DNA of 64,000 nt from Candidatus Micrarchaeota archaeon (lineage in GTDB: Archaea > B1Sed10-29 > B47-G15). The notes below the pieces were generated by a model that did not search any database, was not told the origin of the DNA, and was given only the letters and a program-made list of their open reading frames with translations. This document shows positions 34,949-44,139 of the stretch, piece by piece. Where the stretch lies: assembly GCA_003660975.1 (NCBI GenBank), contig QMVG01000002.1, forward strand, positions 1 through 64,000, written 5' to 3'. The number at the start of each line of letters is the position of its first letter. The stretch's first letter is position 1. Made by a program: the position numbers and the translations under genes.

Positions 34949-35899
34949 ATGTATGCTTTTCTAGCATTTGCACTGTTGCTTACAGCAAGCTATTTTGACT
35001 TAAAGGATAGGAGAATACCTCCCACGCTAAGCTACTCATTCATCTTGATTGGACTCACAGCCCACCTATTAGAAGGAATATCTCTCCAATATATCTATAT
35101 CGTGTTTGCCTCTTTTTTCTTTGCCTACGCACTTTATAAGTTTGGGGTGTGGGCAGGGGGAGACTTCAAACTATTCGTGGCGCTTTCCCTCCTACTGCCC
35201 ACATACAAATCTATTGACTTCTTTTCATTTTATGTGCTGTTTTTTGCTGTGCTTGCCGTTCTGCCTTTTCTACTTGTATTTTTTGCGTACAAGCTTTTTC
35301 TTTCGAAAGAGTTCAGGAGAGGGGCGAAGGCAAAAGCTAAATCATGGCTAAAGCGTTCACTTTTTATCGCTATAATCGCTACAGCCTCTTATGAACTTTC
35401 ATCATTTTTCACATTGCCTCCTGAGTTATCTGTGCTCTTCTTTTTCATGCTTTTCTTGCTTAAGCAAAGTGGCTCTTTCATTGCTGTAGTTTTTCTATTA
35501 AACAGCATAATCAGAAATCCATCATATGTCTTAACAGTCATTTACTTGTTTTTAGTTTCCCTGCTTATTTCCATAGCTATCTACTCATTTAAGGTTTTGA
35601 GAAAAACTGTTCTCAGAAAAAAGCTGCCCATAGCCAAGATAAAGGAAGGCATGATACCTGCCCAGCACTTAATAAAGAAGGGAAAGAGGTATTATCTAAA
35701 AGAAGCAGAATGGCGCGACTTATTCCATAAAGATAATATCGTGATAGACTCTATGAAGGCCAGAGGGCTGAACAGGGATGAAATCCTATTGATTAAGAAA
35801 TCAGGCATAAAAGAAATAGAAATAAAGAAGTCACTTCCTTTTGTCCCCTTCATGTGCCTGGGATTTGTTCTAGCTCTCCTTAGTTTATTTATATTTTGA
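34949..35899 (+). CDS. eppA: Prepilin peptidase, A24 family, EppA-like
   Basis: ASYFDLK.R.IP, GVWAGGDFKL, extra TM block, KEGMI, LPFVPF. Confidence 0.85.
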   Translation: MYAFLAFALLLTASYFDLKDRRIPPTLSYSFILIGLTAHLLEGISLQYIYIVFASFFFAYALYKFGVWAGGDFKLFVALSLLLPTYKSIDFFSFYVLFFAVLAVLPFLLVFFAYKLFLSKEFRRGAKAKAKSWLKRSLFIAIIATASYELSSFFTLPPELSVLFFFMLFLLKQSGSFIAVVFLLNSIIRNPSYVLTVIYLFLVSLLISIAIYSFKVLRKTVLRKKLPIAKIKEGMIPAQHLIKKGKRYYLKEAEWRDLFHKDNIVIDSMKARGLNRDEILLIKKSGIKEIEIKKSLPFVPFMCLGFVLALLSLFIF

Positions 35900-35914
35900 C
35901 TGCCTTATTCTATC

Positions 35915-36082
35915 ATGGATGACAGGGCCCAGGTAAGCACGGAGTATCTAATAATACTCGCAGTGTCTTTGGTTCTAGCAGCAGTTGTGACTCTTTTAAC
36001 AGTGAACCTCTTTAGCGTGAAGTCATCCGTGAAGGAATTGATAGAAATATACTACAAACGCGCCTTGCAACTGGTGACTTAA
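35915..36082 (+). CDS. 55-aa micro-pilin (not in ORF track)
   Basis: Hand translation MDDRA/QVSTEYLIILAVSLVLAAVVTLLTVNLFSVKSSVKELIEIYYKRALQLVT. Confidence 0.85.
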   Translation: MDDRAQVSTEYLIILAVSLVLAAVVTLLTVNLFSVKSSVKELIEIYYKRALQLVT

Positions 36083-36250
36083 ATGGATGATTGCGCACAG
36101 GTTTCAATAGAATATATGTTCACAGCAGCTATTTTTCTTATAATTGCAGCCATTCTATCTGTTTACGTAGAGAGGATATTTGCAATGAAAGACACGATTT
36201 TCAAGACAAACAGCATATATTCAAAATCACTCTCAAACCTATTAAAGTGA
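36083..36250 (+). CDS. 55-aa micro-pilin (not in ORF track)
   Basis: MDDCA/QVSIEYMFTAAIFLIIAAILSVYVERIFAMKDTIFKTNSIYSKSLSNLLK; RBS GGTGA. Confidence 0.82.
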   Translation: MDDCAQVSIEYMFTAAIFLIIAAILSVYVERIFAMKDTIFKTNSIYSKSLSNLLK

Positions 36251-36254
36251 TATT

Positions 36255-36635
36255 ATGAAAGCTCAGCTGACATTGGAATACCTTATTATTTTTGTAATCT
36301 TACTGCTACTGTTTTCAAATGTTTCTATGGATTTAATGGGTTCTTCAATGAGCTCTGCCCTGCAGATACAGAAGCAACAGATAATGAAAGCAGCCAATCT
36401 CTCTTTAGAGTCAGCTGCATCCAAGCTTCAGTATCAGGGAGAAGGGGCCAGGATATTAGTAAAGATAAGAGCAGCACCTGATTGCAATTACATATTTGAG
36501 GAGAAAAGAGCATACGCTGAATGCAGGAGCGGAACTTATGATATAGGTCCAAATCCTTTACCAGCTGATTTGGTGTACTCTGAAAAGACAATAAAGGAGA
36601 ATGAGTTGGATGTTGTTGAAATTAGTAAAGAGTAA
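36255..36635 (+). CDS. Class III signal peptide pilin
   Basis: MKA/QLTLEYLIIFVILLLLF. Confidence 0.85.
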   Translation: MKAQLTLEYLIIFVILLLLFSNVSMDLMGSSMSSALQIQKQQIMKAANLSLESAASKLQYQGEGARILVKIRAAPDCNYIFEEKRAYAECRSGTYDIGPNPLPADLVYSEKTIKENELDVVEISKE

Positions 36636-36957
36636 GGGACAGCTTTCAATTGAACTTTTGTTTATCATTTCAATACTGATTCTCCTATGCTCATCCATAA
36701 CACTGGACGCATTGGCCACTTCATCACGAATGTTTGACATATCACACGTTAAAGACGCTGTAAATACTTATCTTTACAAAAAAGGCATTGAAGACAAAGC
36801 ATGCCTTTCAATGAGGCTTTCTGCGTTGTCAGTAAAGCAAAATACAGTTTACGTCAGGATAGATGGAGACAAAAGCTGCAAGCCTAGCTCTGATGAACTG
36901 CTTTATTTAATAAAAAAAGAAAACCCTTCTTTTGCGCTTTCCGTGGAGGTGATTTAA
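36610..36957 (+). CDS. Class III signal peptide pilin
   Basis: SKG/QLSIELLFIISILILL. Confidence 0.82.
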   Translation: MLLKLVKSKGQLSIELLFIISILILLCSSITLDALATSSRMFDISHVKDAVNTYLYKKGIEDKACLSMRLSALSVKQNTVYVRIDGDKSCKPSSDELLYLIKKENPSFALSVEVI

Positions 36958-37494
36958 TTGGAATGGACTAAAACTAATGTTATTATACTGCTTCAGTCAG
37001 CAGTCCTATTCGCTGTCATTCTCGCAGTAGTTGCGAGTTTTTTGTCAGAACCATTTTTACTGCTTCTGGACATGGTTAGCTTGATTATGCTTGGTTATGG
37101 CCTTTGCTTAGTATATAAAAATTGGAGAAAGGAGTTCAAAACATATGCATTGCTTTTCAGTGTTCTCTTTTTTATAACAGTAGCTTTCCCAATTTTGATA
37201 ATATCCAAATTTATAAACAGTTTCAATACCTCTTTATTACTTCTCTTTTTGCTGCTTTTCTATTTTATCTTGAAGGCTTATTTGACACCAAAGCAGCTGG
37301 AAGGTATAGTAGTAATGGCAGACAAAGAGAGAGCAGTGGTGCATATAGATTACAATATCCTTTTGTCATTACCTGCAGGGGATTATGTTGTCAGAAATAA
37401 TGGAGCCAAGAAGGGACATAAAGTTCTGCTGTCTTATAAAAAGAGCATATTCAGGACTGTAAAGCCAGAAGCCGTGATCAAGGTGATAAAATGA
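36958..37494 (+). CDS. Pilus-locus membrane protein (DUF2101-like)
   Basis: 4 TM helices then a beta domain G.V...A.V...Y......G.Y.V.N....KG. Confidence 0.6.
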   Translation: MEWTKTNVIILLQSAVLFAVILAVVASFLSEPFLLLLDMVSLIMLGYGLCLVYKNWRKEFKTYALLFSVLFFITVAFPILIISKFINSFNTSLLLLFLLLFYFILKAYLTPKQLEGIVVMADKERAVVHIDYNILLSLPAGDYVVRNNGAKKGHKVLLSYKKSIFRTVKPEAVIKVIK

Positions 37495-37865
37495 AGAAGG
37501 GCATGTTTAGCATAGATTTTATTATGGCCCTTGTGATAGTTAGCTTTGTAGTTTTCTTTATACAAGAGCATACATATAGGAGTTTGAGACACAGCGAAGA
37601 GTTTGGAAGATTGGAGCAGCTCTCAAGCATGACATCTTCTGTTGCATCTCAGCTAAATGCTTTTTATGCCCTATCACCAGAAAAGGGAGACTTCTTTAAT
37701 TTATTACCCCCTAAAATAAGCAGTTTCAGCAGAACCCAGGATTGCACTGTCTTGAAATACGCTTCGTCTCTGACACTTAGTTGTGGAGATTCTTCCCTCT
37801 CCTTTCCACTTTGTTTTGACGATGCATCTTACGAGGTTGGTGAAAAGGCGGTTGAGAAGGTATGA
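37491..37865 (+). CDS. Minor pilin-like protein
   Basis: MKKG/MFSIDFIMALVIV. Confidence 0.78.
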   Translation: MKKGMFSIDFIMALVIVSFVVFFIQEHTYRSLRHSEEFGRLEQLSSMTSSVASQLNAFYALSPEKGDFFNLLPPKISSFSRTQDCTVLKYASSLTLSCGDSSLSFPLCFDDASYEVGEKAVEKV

Positions 37866-38263
37866 AAGCACAGATATTTTCATTGGACGCCATGCTTGCC
37901 ATTGTAGCTCTTACAGTTATCGTGGGCTATTTTTCGTGGTCCCTTGAGAATACATTACATAGCGCAGATATTTCGGAGTATGAGAGCTTGCAGCGTATGG
38001 CAGATGATTGGGCACAGCTGGCTGTTAAAAGAATCTTGGCGCAAAGAGACGAACCAAATAAGGTAGACAGCTCAAGGCTTAGTGATCTTGCAGCGCAGAT
38101 GTCAGAACTGCTTGTTTCACCATATGACTTTGAGCTGCATCTTGGCAATTCTAAGCTGGGTGGGGACTGCAGTTCAAAGCAAAATGTGGTTTCTGTCAGG
38201 CGATTGGTTTATGACAAGGACTCAGCAGAAGGGAAAGTATTTGAATTGAGGTTATGTGTATGA
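37862..38263 (+). CDS. Minor pilin-like protein
   Basis: MKA/QIFSLDAMLAIVAL. Confidence 0.8.
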   Translation: MKAQIFSLDAMLAIVALTVIVGYFSWSLENTLHSADISEYESLQRMADDWAQLAVKRILAQRDEPNKVDSSRLSDLAAQMSELLVSPYDFELHLGNSKLGGDCSSKQNVVSVRRLVYDKDSAEGKVFELRLCV

Positions 38264-38559
38264 AAGGCTTGCTCTTTAGCGTTGATTCGGTGTTGGCATT
38301 GTTGCTGTTGTTTGTAATTAGCTCAACATATCTTGTTATGCTGGAAGTGCAGGAAAAAAACAAAGACAACGTTTTGATGCTTAGCAGGTTGGCAAGAGAC
38401 ATAATAGACATAAGGTATTACCAGCCTTCATATTCGCCGCCAGACTGGCTAAAAGAGGAAAACTGCCAGCACAATGTGGTTTCTCTGGACTATTTTGTTT
38501 ACGATAGCAGCTCTAATAAGGTAATTAAAAAAACTCAAAAGGTGTGCTTCAATGAATAG
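38260..38559 (+). CDS. Minor pilin-like protein
   Basis: MKG/LLFSVDSVLALLLL. Confidence 0.78.
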   Translation: MKGLLFSVDSVLALLLLFVISSTYLVMLEVQEKNKDNVLMLSRLARDIIDIRYYQPSYSPPDWLKEENCQHNVVSLDYFVYDSSSNKVIKKTQKVCFNE

Positions 38560-39031
38560 GGCCTTCGTTATCTCCTCATCTGTCTTCATTCTGCTGTTAG
38601 CCAGCTTATTTCTCATAAACTTTATTATGCTGACCTCTACATACCAGTCATCTGCTGATGAAAGGAAGCTGATGCTGGATTCCCTTTACAATGTTTTAAC
38701 AGATGCAAAGCGCCTCTTATTCTACGCAGGAGAGAATGTGCTTGATGATGCTGTGGCGGACCATATAGGACACTGCCCTAAAGACGCGATTCTTGAGGCA
38801 TGGGTAGATAACGCATTGCAAAACAGCATTGCAGAAATGAACAGCTTTTTGAGAGATAAAAACATAAGGCTTAGCTTATCCTATGACGGGCCCTTTGTCA
38901 GTAAAACTGGGCTGTGCTCTTATAAGGTGAGCTTAACAAATGTTAAAATTACTGCTGTTAAGCAGATGGGAGACATAACAGAAGCAAAGCTCAGCCACAG
39001 TTTGCCAGACATAAACAGGAATTATCCTTGA
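38552..39031 (+). CDS. Minor pilin-like protein
   Basis: MNRA/FVISSSVFILLL; last gene of the overlapping run. Confidence 0.6.
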   Translation: MNRAFVISSSVFILLLASLFLINFIMLTSTYQSSADERKLMLDSLYNVLTDAKRLLFYAGENVLDDAVADHIGHCPKDAILEAWVDNALQNSIAEMNSFLRDKNIRLSLSYDGPFVSKTGLCSYKVSLTNVKITAVKQMGDITEAKLSHSLPDINRNYP

Positions 39032-39085
39032 CTAACCTATAACCGTTGGTAAATTCTTAAAAAAATAACGAAAAACAAACGTAGC

Positions 39086-39418
39086 ATGCGGCTTTTAACA
39101 GGCGTTTATATGCTGACTGCATTGTTTTCCTTATCTCTTATCTACTTTTTCTCACCCCAGCTTTCATACAAGGCAGTTAGTGCTGAGGAGCTTTACAGCA
39201 ACTGTGAAGGCAGCGTGCAGGCAACTGTTCTTCTTCAAGATGTCTTCATATCAAAAAATGGAAACCGAATAGGTATCGTGTCAGATAGCCCTCGCACTTT
39301 TGTGCTGCTCAATGATATTTACGCCACAAAAGGGGACCGCTTGCTGTTGAAAGCCAGAGCCTCTCGCTTTAGAAAGGCCTGTTGGCTTTTTCCTGAAAAG
39401 GTGAAATGGCTTGATTGA
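39086..39418 (+). CDS. Membrane-anchored OB-fold-like protein
   Basis: N-terminal TM, short beta domain with KGDRLLLKARASRF. Confidence 0.5.
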   Translation: MRLLTGVYMLTALFSLSLIYFFSPQLSYKAVSAEELYSNCEGSVQATVLLQDVFISKNGNRIGIVSDSPRTFVLLNDIYATKGDRLLLKARASRFRKACWLFPEKVKWLD

Positions 39419-40547
39419 CTTTGCTTTTTTCTTTCTCGGCATTTTTATTGGGATTTTAGTTGGCTTCATTCCAGGACTCCATGTGAATAGCATTCTGCCT
39501 TTTCTTTTTCTCACTTCAGGGTATCAAATGCACTGCCTTGTTATCCCTATGTCTGTTGCCTTTGTCTTTTCATCCTTCTTTCCAGCAGCACTTCTTGGGC
39601 TGCCTGACGAAGACAACGCATTATCTGTTTTGCCTGCTCACAGGTTGTTAGCAAGGGGAAAGGCATACACTGCGTTTAGGCTCTATTTTTTAGGCGCTCT
39701 GACCTCGTCTTTCTTTTCATTCATCTTTCTGGTTTTCTTTTTGATATTTCTGAAGGACTTCTATCAAGCGCTAAAGCCCATTATTCCTCTCATTTTGCTT
39801 TTCATACTTGTTGTTATGCTATTTTCTAACAAATACGCTTTCATAGTCATAGTGCTGTCTTCTGCACTAGGATATATGACAGTTAATTACAACACAATCC
39901 TTCCACTGCTTACAGGTTTCTTTGCAATGAGCAACCTTATCCTCTCACTGTTTTCCACGGGCAGACAGCCAACGCAAAGGCTGAAAAGTGAAATCTCAAT
40001 AAGCAGGTTTGACATAATTCATAGCTCTCTTGTGGCTTCTGTTCTGGCCTCTTTCTTCTCCCTTATTCCGGCAATTTCTTCTGGCATATCTGCTACTGCT
40101 TCCAAGATTTTCGGGCGTTTCAATACAGAAGAGTTTCTAGTATTGATAGGCTCTACAAATATGGCATATATGGTTTTTTCATTTTTTACACTGTCTTTGC
40201 TGGGCATAAGCAGAAGCGGTTCTGCTGTTTTATTATCAAACGTAGAGAATGTTAGCGCTTTTTTTATGGCTGCTTTGGTACTCCTCTCCTCTTTGCTAAG
40301 TTTTCTGATATTGGAGTCCGTTTACAAAAGACTGCTGCCTTTGTACACAAAGCTTAAACAGAAAAGCATAAACATTGCAGCGGCGTTTGTACTACTTCTT
40401 ATAGTCTTTTTAACTTCTTCTTACTTCGGCCTTCTCGTTTTCTTGGCATCTACCAGCATAGGCCTGCTCTCTAATGAATTAGGAGTGAAACGAATAAATT
40501 GCATGTCTGCCCTAATTTTTCCAACGGTGCTGTTGATATGGCAGTGA
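39411..40547 (+). CDS. TctA-like (DUF112) permease
   Basis: G...GFIPGLHVN, LG.PD...LSVLPAH.LL..G.A, G.SRSG, GVKR..CM. Confidence 0.85.
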   Translation: MIDFAFFFLGIFIGILVGFIPGLHVNSILPFLFLTSGYQMHCLVIPMSVAFVFSSFFPAALLGLPDEDNALSVLPAHRLLARGKAYTAFRLYFLGALTSSFFSFIFLVFFLIFLKDFYQALKPIIPLILLFILVVMLFSNKYAFIVIVLSSALGYMTVNYNTILPLLTGFFAMSNLILSLFSTGRQPTQRLKSEISISRFDIIHSSLVASVLASFFSLIPAISSGISATASKIFGRFNTEEFLVLIGSTNMAYMVFSFFTLSLLGISRSGSAVLLSNVENVSAFFMAALVLLSSLLSFLILESVYKRLLPLYTKLKQKSINIAAAFVLLLIVFLTSSYFGLLVFLASTSIGLLSNELGVKRINCMSALIFPTVLLIWQ

Positions 40548-40897
40548 AAATAAAGAGAGAAGTGATTGGAAACTTATTGGAGCTATGCAGGGCTGCCTAT
40601 CCCAACGAGGTAGGCGGTATGCTCCTAGGGAAGGAGATAATAGATGATTTTGTTTTAACACCAAGTGAATATGGACCCTCTTCAATAATAACGAGAATGC
40701 AGGACATGCCAATATACACTAACATCGCAGGCAGTTTTCATTCCCATCCAACAGGAGACAATAGGCCATCCAGGGCAGATTTAAACTTTTTCTCCAAGAC
40801 AGGCAAATACCACCTTATAATTGCGTATCCATATACTTTAAATAAGGTGGCAGCTTATGATGTTAAGGGCAGAGCTGAAGAATTGGTGATAATATGA
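40538..40897 (+). CDS. JAMM/MPN+ metalloprotease
   Basis: YPNEVGGML...GSFHSHP...PSRADL. Confidence 0.92.
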   Translation: MAVKIKREVIGNLLELCRAAYPNEVGGMLLGKEIIDDFVLTPSEYGPSSIITRMQDMPIYTNIAGSFHSHPTGDNRPSRADLNFFSKTGKYHLIIAYPYTLNKVAAYDVKGRAEELVII

Positions 40898-42075
40898 AGC
40901 AGATAATATATCTTCTCTTGGACGGTCTCGGTGATTATTCTTATGCAGAGTTAGGCATAAAAACACCCTTAGAATATGCTAACACTCCCTTCTTTGACTC
41001 TCTTGCCTCAGGAGGAAAAGAGGGGCTTATAGTACCAACAGGTCTTGGAAGGGAAATCTTGATGGAAAACGCCTCTCTCATGCTTTTCAGCGATCTTGGT
41101 TATGACTTGAGGACCTTTCCTCATGCAAGAGGCATTATTGAGGCTGTTGGCCATGGCTTTGATGTTAAAGATGGTGAGCTGTGGGCAAGAACTAATTTTG
41201 CTACTGTTGATGAGAATTGGGTATTGATAGACCTTAGGGCAGGTAGAATCTCCCAGACAGAGGAACTGGTAAAGGCAGTGAACGAAATCCAAATGGATGT
41301 GGAGTTTCATTTCTATGGCACTCAGGTATATAGGGGCCTCCTTGTTTTTAGGGATGACAAAGCGCTGTCTGATGAAATAACAGGCGTTGACCCGCACATG
41401 CCCGGGAAGAAAGTAATGATGGCAAAGGCTTTGAAGCCAGAAGCAAAGCGCTCAGCTGAACTGATAAATGATTTTATGAAAAAGGCTTATGAGGTGTTAA
41501 AGCAGCATCCAATTAACATTGAACGAAGAGAGATGGGCTTGCCTGAAGCCAACTTTATTCTGCCAAGGGGAATTGGTTCAAAACTTCCCCACTTACAGCC
41601 TTTTGAGGAAAGGCATAACTTAAAGGCGGTCTCAATTACTGGCATAAATGTCAATAAGGGCATATCTAAGTTATTGGGGATACCTATATGGGAAGTGCCT
41701 GAAGAAATAGGAGAAAAGGAATATGAAGTTAAAAGAGAGCCTATTCTAAAAGCCATTGACCAAGGCTATGATTTTATATCAGTACATGTGAAGCCAACAG
41801 ATGACGCTGGTCACGATGGCGATGTGCATAAAAAGGTTAGGGAGATTGAAAGGGCAGACGCTTTCTTCTCTTCCTTAGAGCTTGATGATGTGCTGTGGGC
41901 GATATACGCAGACCACTGCACTCCTTGTTTCATAAAGGCACATTCTAATGACCTAATACCCTCTTTGATATCTTCTAAAAAAGCATCTGGGAGGCAGTTT
42001 GCCGAGAAATATTGTACTGATTATACAGTTCAAGCATACGATTTTATCAAACTCGCTTTAAAGGAAGCGCGTTAG
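40894..42075 (+). CDS. apgM: Cofactor-independent phosphoglycerate mutase family (ApgM-like)
   Basis: LLDGLGD, TPLE.A.TP, RG..EA.G, R.NFAT, D.RAGRI, HVK.TD.AGHDG, ADH.TP. Confidence 0.85.
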   Translation: MKQIIYLLLDGLGDYSYAELGIKTPLEYANTPFFDSLASGGKEGLIVPTGLGREILMENASLMLFSDLGYDLRTFPHARGIIEAVGHGFDVKDGELWARTNFATVDENWVLIDLRAGRISQTEELVKAVNEIQMDVEFHFYGTQVYRGLLVFRDDKALSDEITGVDPHMPGKKVMMAKALKPEAKRSAELINDFMKKAYEVLKQHPINIERREMGLPEANFILPRGIGSKLPHLQPFEERHNLKAVSITGINVNKGISKLLGIPIWEVPEEIGEKEYEVKREPILKAIDQGYDFISVHVKPTDDAGHDGDVHKKVREIERADAFFSSLELDDVLWAIYADHCTPCFIKAHSNDLIPSLISSKKASGRQFAEKYCTDYTVQAYDFIKLALKEAR

Positions 42076-43826
42076 ACTGAGTAATAATATCTACCTGATT
42101 TTCTTTGTTCTATATCCTTCTGGGAGCCTTTTTTGTTTATCCTTGGCCTGCCAGTGCTCGGGTCTCTTCTGAATGTAATCTCCATCATCTTGAGGAAGTC
42201 ATTCATGCCTTCTTCCATTGCTTTTGCTCTTTTCGCTCTTCCGTATCGCCCAGGCTTTCCCTCAAAATTTATAATCCTGTTTGAAACAGCATCTATGAAG
42301 ATTATGTCATGGTCTATAACCATCGTCGCTTCTTCCTTCTTTTCACTTACCCTTTTTATCAGCTCTGCCAATCTCAGGCGTTGCTCTATATCTAGGAAGG
42401 CGCTAGGCTCGTCTAATAGACAAAGGTCTGCGCGCTTAGCCAGCGTTAAGGTTATTGCCAACCTTTGCAGTTCGCCTCCAGACAGGTTTTCCAATTCCTT
42501 CTCCATTAAATCTTCAACAGTGTTCCTCATCAAACTGTTGAACAGCTCCATGTCAATATCTTGATTTCTTATAAAGTCCATAACCTTCACGTGTCCGCTC
42601 GCTTTCACATACTGAGGCTTATACGCTATCCTTAATTTTAACCCTGGCTCTCCCTCTGTAGTTTTTTCAATGCCAGCAAGCACTTTAAAGAAGGTTGACT
42701 TTCCAATTGCATTAGGTCCTAATATGCCTATGCACTCTCCTCTTTTGATTTCGCCCCCTTCTACCTCCAAAGTAAAACCAGGATAATCTTTCCTAAAAGC
42801 ACCATATTCAAACATCTCTTTATTTTTCCACTCCTCCGCAGGAGGCCTTGGAGGGAAGCTAATGCTGTAATCCCTTATCCTTATGTTCTCTGCCTTCAAA
42901 AAGCCGTCCAAGAACTCGTTTATGCCTGCCCTTGATGTTTTTAATCCAGAAACAACACCATACACTCCAGGTTCACCAAACAGTATATGCACATAGTCTG
43001 TCAAATAGTCAAGTATTGCCAGATCATGTTCAACAATAAATACTGTTTTGTCTTCGCCTAACCTCCTTAAAAGCTTCGCGACCTTTATTCTTTGTCTTAC
43101 ATCTAGATAAGAGCTTGGCTCATCAAAAAAGTAATAATCGGCCTCCTTCATCATAGTAATCGCTATAGCCAGCCTCTGTAGTTCTCCACCACTGAGCTCT
43201 GAGACCTTTCTTTTCCTCGCCTCTTCCAACTCAAACAACGATATGTACTCATCTAAGACTCCTTTTTCATCTGCAACTTTTAAGACATCCCCCACAACTT
43301 TGTCTCTCCTGCCCTCAAAAAAGGCATCTATATCCTGTGGCTTGTAAGATAACTTAGCTTTTTTCTCACTTAGCGCTTTCAAGTAACCATGAATCTCATG
43401 GCCTTTTAGCTCTGCCAGAATCTCGTCCCATGAAGGAGCATTGTCATGGTGGCCTAAATTTGGTTTTATTTCTCCTGCCAGTATCCTCACAAGCGTGCTC
43501 TTTCCAATACTGTTTCTACCTACGATCCCTATGACAGCCTTTTTCGGTGAAGGCAGATTATACAACCTAAAGCTATTCTTTCCGTATTGGTGGATTATCT
43601 GTCCCAGCTCTTCTGCTGTGTTTATTATCTTTATAGCTTTGTAGGGGCATTTCTTAGGACATATGCCACAGCCAGTGCATAACAGTTCATTTATTATTGG
43701 GTATCCATCCTCCCCCTGCACTATGGTTTCATCGCCCATTCTTACGCCAGGACATACAGAAATACAAATATAGCCACATTTCTTCGGAGAACATTTTTCC
43801 CTGTCAATCACAGCAATCCTGACCAT
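42072..43826 (-). CDS. Ribosome recycling ATPase ABCE1/RLI
   Basis: N-terminal FeS domain (C..KC...C...CP, CTGCGICPKKCP); two ABC domains with LSGGELQR; TFRRD...RPRINK. Confidence 0.98.
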   Translation of the reverse strand: MVRIAVIDREKCSPKKCGYICISVCPGVRMGDETIVQGEDGYPIINELLCTGCGICPKKCPYKAIKIINTAEELGQIIHQYGKNSFRLYNLPSPKKAVIGIVGRNSIGKSTLVRILAGEIKPNLGHHDNAPSWDEILAELKGHEIHGYLKALSEKKAKLSYKPQDIDAFFEGRRDKVVGDVLKVADEKGVLDEYISLFELEEARKRKVSELSGGELQRLAIAITMMKEADYYFFDEPSSYLDVRQRIKVAKLLRRLGEDKTVFIVEHDLAILDYLTDYVHILFGEPGVYGVVSGLKTSRAGINEFLDGFLKAENIRIRDYSISFPPRPPAEEWKNKEMFEYGAFRKDYPGFTLEVEGGEIKRGECIGILGPNAIGKSTFFKVLAGIEKTTEGEPGLKLRIAYKPQYVKASGHVKVMDFIRNQDIDMELFNSLMRNTVEDLMEKELENLSGGELQRLAITLTLAKRADLCLLDEPSAFLDIEQRLRLAELIKRVSEKKEEATMVIDHDIIFIDAVSNRIINFEGKPGRYGRAKRAKAMEEGMNDFLKMMEITFRRDPSTGRPRINKKGSQKDIEQRKSGRYYYSV

Positions 43827-43877
43827 AGTACCACATAGATAACATTAAGCAAAAACAGAAAAAGAGAGAAAATTGGA

Positions 43878-44078
43878 TTAAAGCACGAGCAACATTATGC
43901 CTATCAATATCATAATTACTGCCAGAATTAATATACCGCCCTCAATTGCCGTTACTACGGCGTTTATAAGTCCCTCCAGTGTCCATACACCGTTGCTCAT
44001 GAAGCCGAAGTGGAGCATTGCCACTAACAATATTAAGCCAACAACAAGCGAAGCCACGCCGAACTTGTCCACCTTCAT
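43878..44078 (-). CDS. Small 2-TM membrane protein
   Basis: Two hydrophobic helices; RBS GGTGA. Confidence 0.6.
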   Translation of the reverse strand: MKVDKFGVASLVVGLILLVAMLHFGFMSNGVWTLEGLINAVVTAIEGGILILAVIMILIGIMLLVL

Positions 44079-44139
44079 TGTTTTCACCACCTTTTTATAG
44101 AGAGAACTATATTTAAAAACGTTTTCATATAATAAAGCC

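Noticed and set aside
30793-39031. Archaellum operon
   Set aside because: No ArlH/ArlF/ArlG or archaellin-type N-termini; pilins carry the EppA-type +1 Gln/+5 Glu signature.
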